Shown here piece after piece: positions 63,010-64,000 of a stretch of 64,000 bases of DNA (positions are counted from its first letter, which is position 1; each line of letters starts with the position of its first letter). The stretch lies in assembly GCA_049190665.1 (NCBI GenBank), contig CM110852.1; one strand, 5' to 3'. The notes below the pieces were generated by a model. That model did no database searches. It saw only the letters and a program-made list of their open reading frames with translations, and was not told the origin of the DNA. A program made the translations under genes and the position numbers. This DNA comes from Lepidogalaxias salamandroides. Its lineage: Eukaryota.

Positions 63010-63500
63010 ATTTTAAGTTCTGGTAAATGAAATTAGTTTGATGACTTATTCCACGCCCACTTTCCTCTCCCGGGCACATGCCTGAACATGTTCATCTGCA
63101 AACCGATGAGGACGAAGAAGCACGTTTCTTCTTGTGGTGACTGGTGCGCGCCATTAAGCGTAATTCTATGCTTACAATTATTTGCATTCACTCAGGATTC
63201 TGTTGGTGAACTAATAAAACATGAGCCCCGTTTACACAGCCGTTTCAATGGAATGTTGGGAATGTTGCGGCAATATTCCGACTCACCTTCTGTGTAAATG
63301 GTACGAAGCTGGAATGGGGGGCGAGTTGTTGCGGCAATATGCCGGGAAGGGAGGTAGGAAAATGCCTCTGTTGTGGAGGTGTGAACACCTGCTTTGTCCC
63401 TTTTACACAGAAGCCGGCATTGAGCAACAGCGTCGGCCGCGTCCTGACTGAATGCGATGCAAGCGTCAGCGACAAAAAGCACTATAATGATAATATATGA

Positions 63501-64000
63501 TCTATATCAGGGGTCGGCAACCTAAGGCACGCGTGCCAGCAATGTTTTTTTTTTTTTTTTTAAGTTCCCTCTCATCCGCATGCGTCGAATTCCCACGCTG
63601 TAGACATGGCGACAATAACAATAAATCTTCCGGTGGGACTTTTTCAAAATAAAATCGATTCTACACAAGTCTAAAGGGCCGATTACACCGAGACGCATCG
63701 CTACAAGCGCGGCCGCATGAAAAACGCTGGCAAAGCACGTCGGCAAAAACCGCGTGGCGCGCCTGTGGAGCTGCGTGCGCTACCGGGTGATCAGCGATTA
63801 ACGGGGAAAAGATGGATTCGAGCAAACATCAAGCCCTTGCCTTTGCTTTATTATTAGATGAGGAGGAAAAACAACAAAATAAAAAACGGAGAGTTTGGGT
63901 TCACGATATTAAAAAAAAAGCAGTATGGGGAATACAATCTCTTCCATGAGCTCTGCCTGGATGACTGCGCTTCCAGCAGTACTTCTGGCTGAGCAGGGCT
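63501..64000 (+). mobile_element. 5' end of a PIF/Harbinger-like DNA transposon (runs off window): terminus CAGGGGTCGGCAACC plus the N-terminal transposase ORF
   Basis: The ORF from ATG at about 63812 reads MDSSKHQALAFALLLDEEEKQQNKKRRVWVHDIKK(frameshift at A9)KQYGEYNLFHELCLDD. This is the Harbinger-transposase N-terminal motif RRxWVHxI..R...GEY..L..EL.LD. The terminus resembles the MITE ends at 21008 and 27022. Confidence 0.4.

Overview
This is a eukaryotic genomic window, almost certainly teleost fish, and not a prokaryotic locus: it carries vertebrate spliced genes, SmaI/HpaI-like tRNA-derived SINEs, Tc1, hAT, Harbinger, Gmr1-like and chromovirus elements and many microsatellites. Four protein-coding genes can be reconstructed by eye from splice sites and homology. 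The first is a secretin-receptor-like class B1 GPCR (sctr) on the plus strand with 13 coding exons (12003-31763; 447 aa). The second is acyl-CoA-binding protein (dbi) on the minus strand (34294-35917, with a putative exon 1 at 37627-37641). The third is a UPF0538/C2orf76-like gene on the plus strand (38331-40241, 5 exons, 125 aa). The fourth is steap3 on the minus strand (42689-48774, 5 coding exons, 494 aa). Gene order and orientations reproduce the human 2q14.2 block SCTR-(TMEM37)-DBI-C2orf76-STEAP3, but no tmem37 is visible. The rest is repeat-dominated. Two Gmr1-like, integrase-before-RT, gypsy copies lie at 612-4288 and 6890-8668. A near-intact, apparently young chromodomain Ty3/gypsy element (15362-20796; intact 1214-aa pol, 498-bp LTRs about 98.5% identical, TSD TTAAT) sits antisense in sctr intron 4. 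A deleted relative lies at 57714-62418. A 5' LINE fragment sits at 21420-23422. An extraordinary, highly homogeneous 47-bp minisatellite of about 122 copies (50454-56215) lies upstream of steap3 and is bracketed by diverged direct duplicates of a CRE-containing flank and a 40-bp minisatellite. Several perfect hairpins, foldback elements and MITEs were also noted. No CRISPR, rRNA or bona fide tRNA genes were seen. All calls are by eye; coordinates of splice sites are manually derived and may be off by 1-2 nt.
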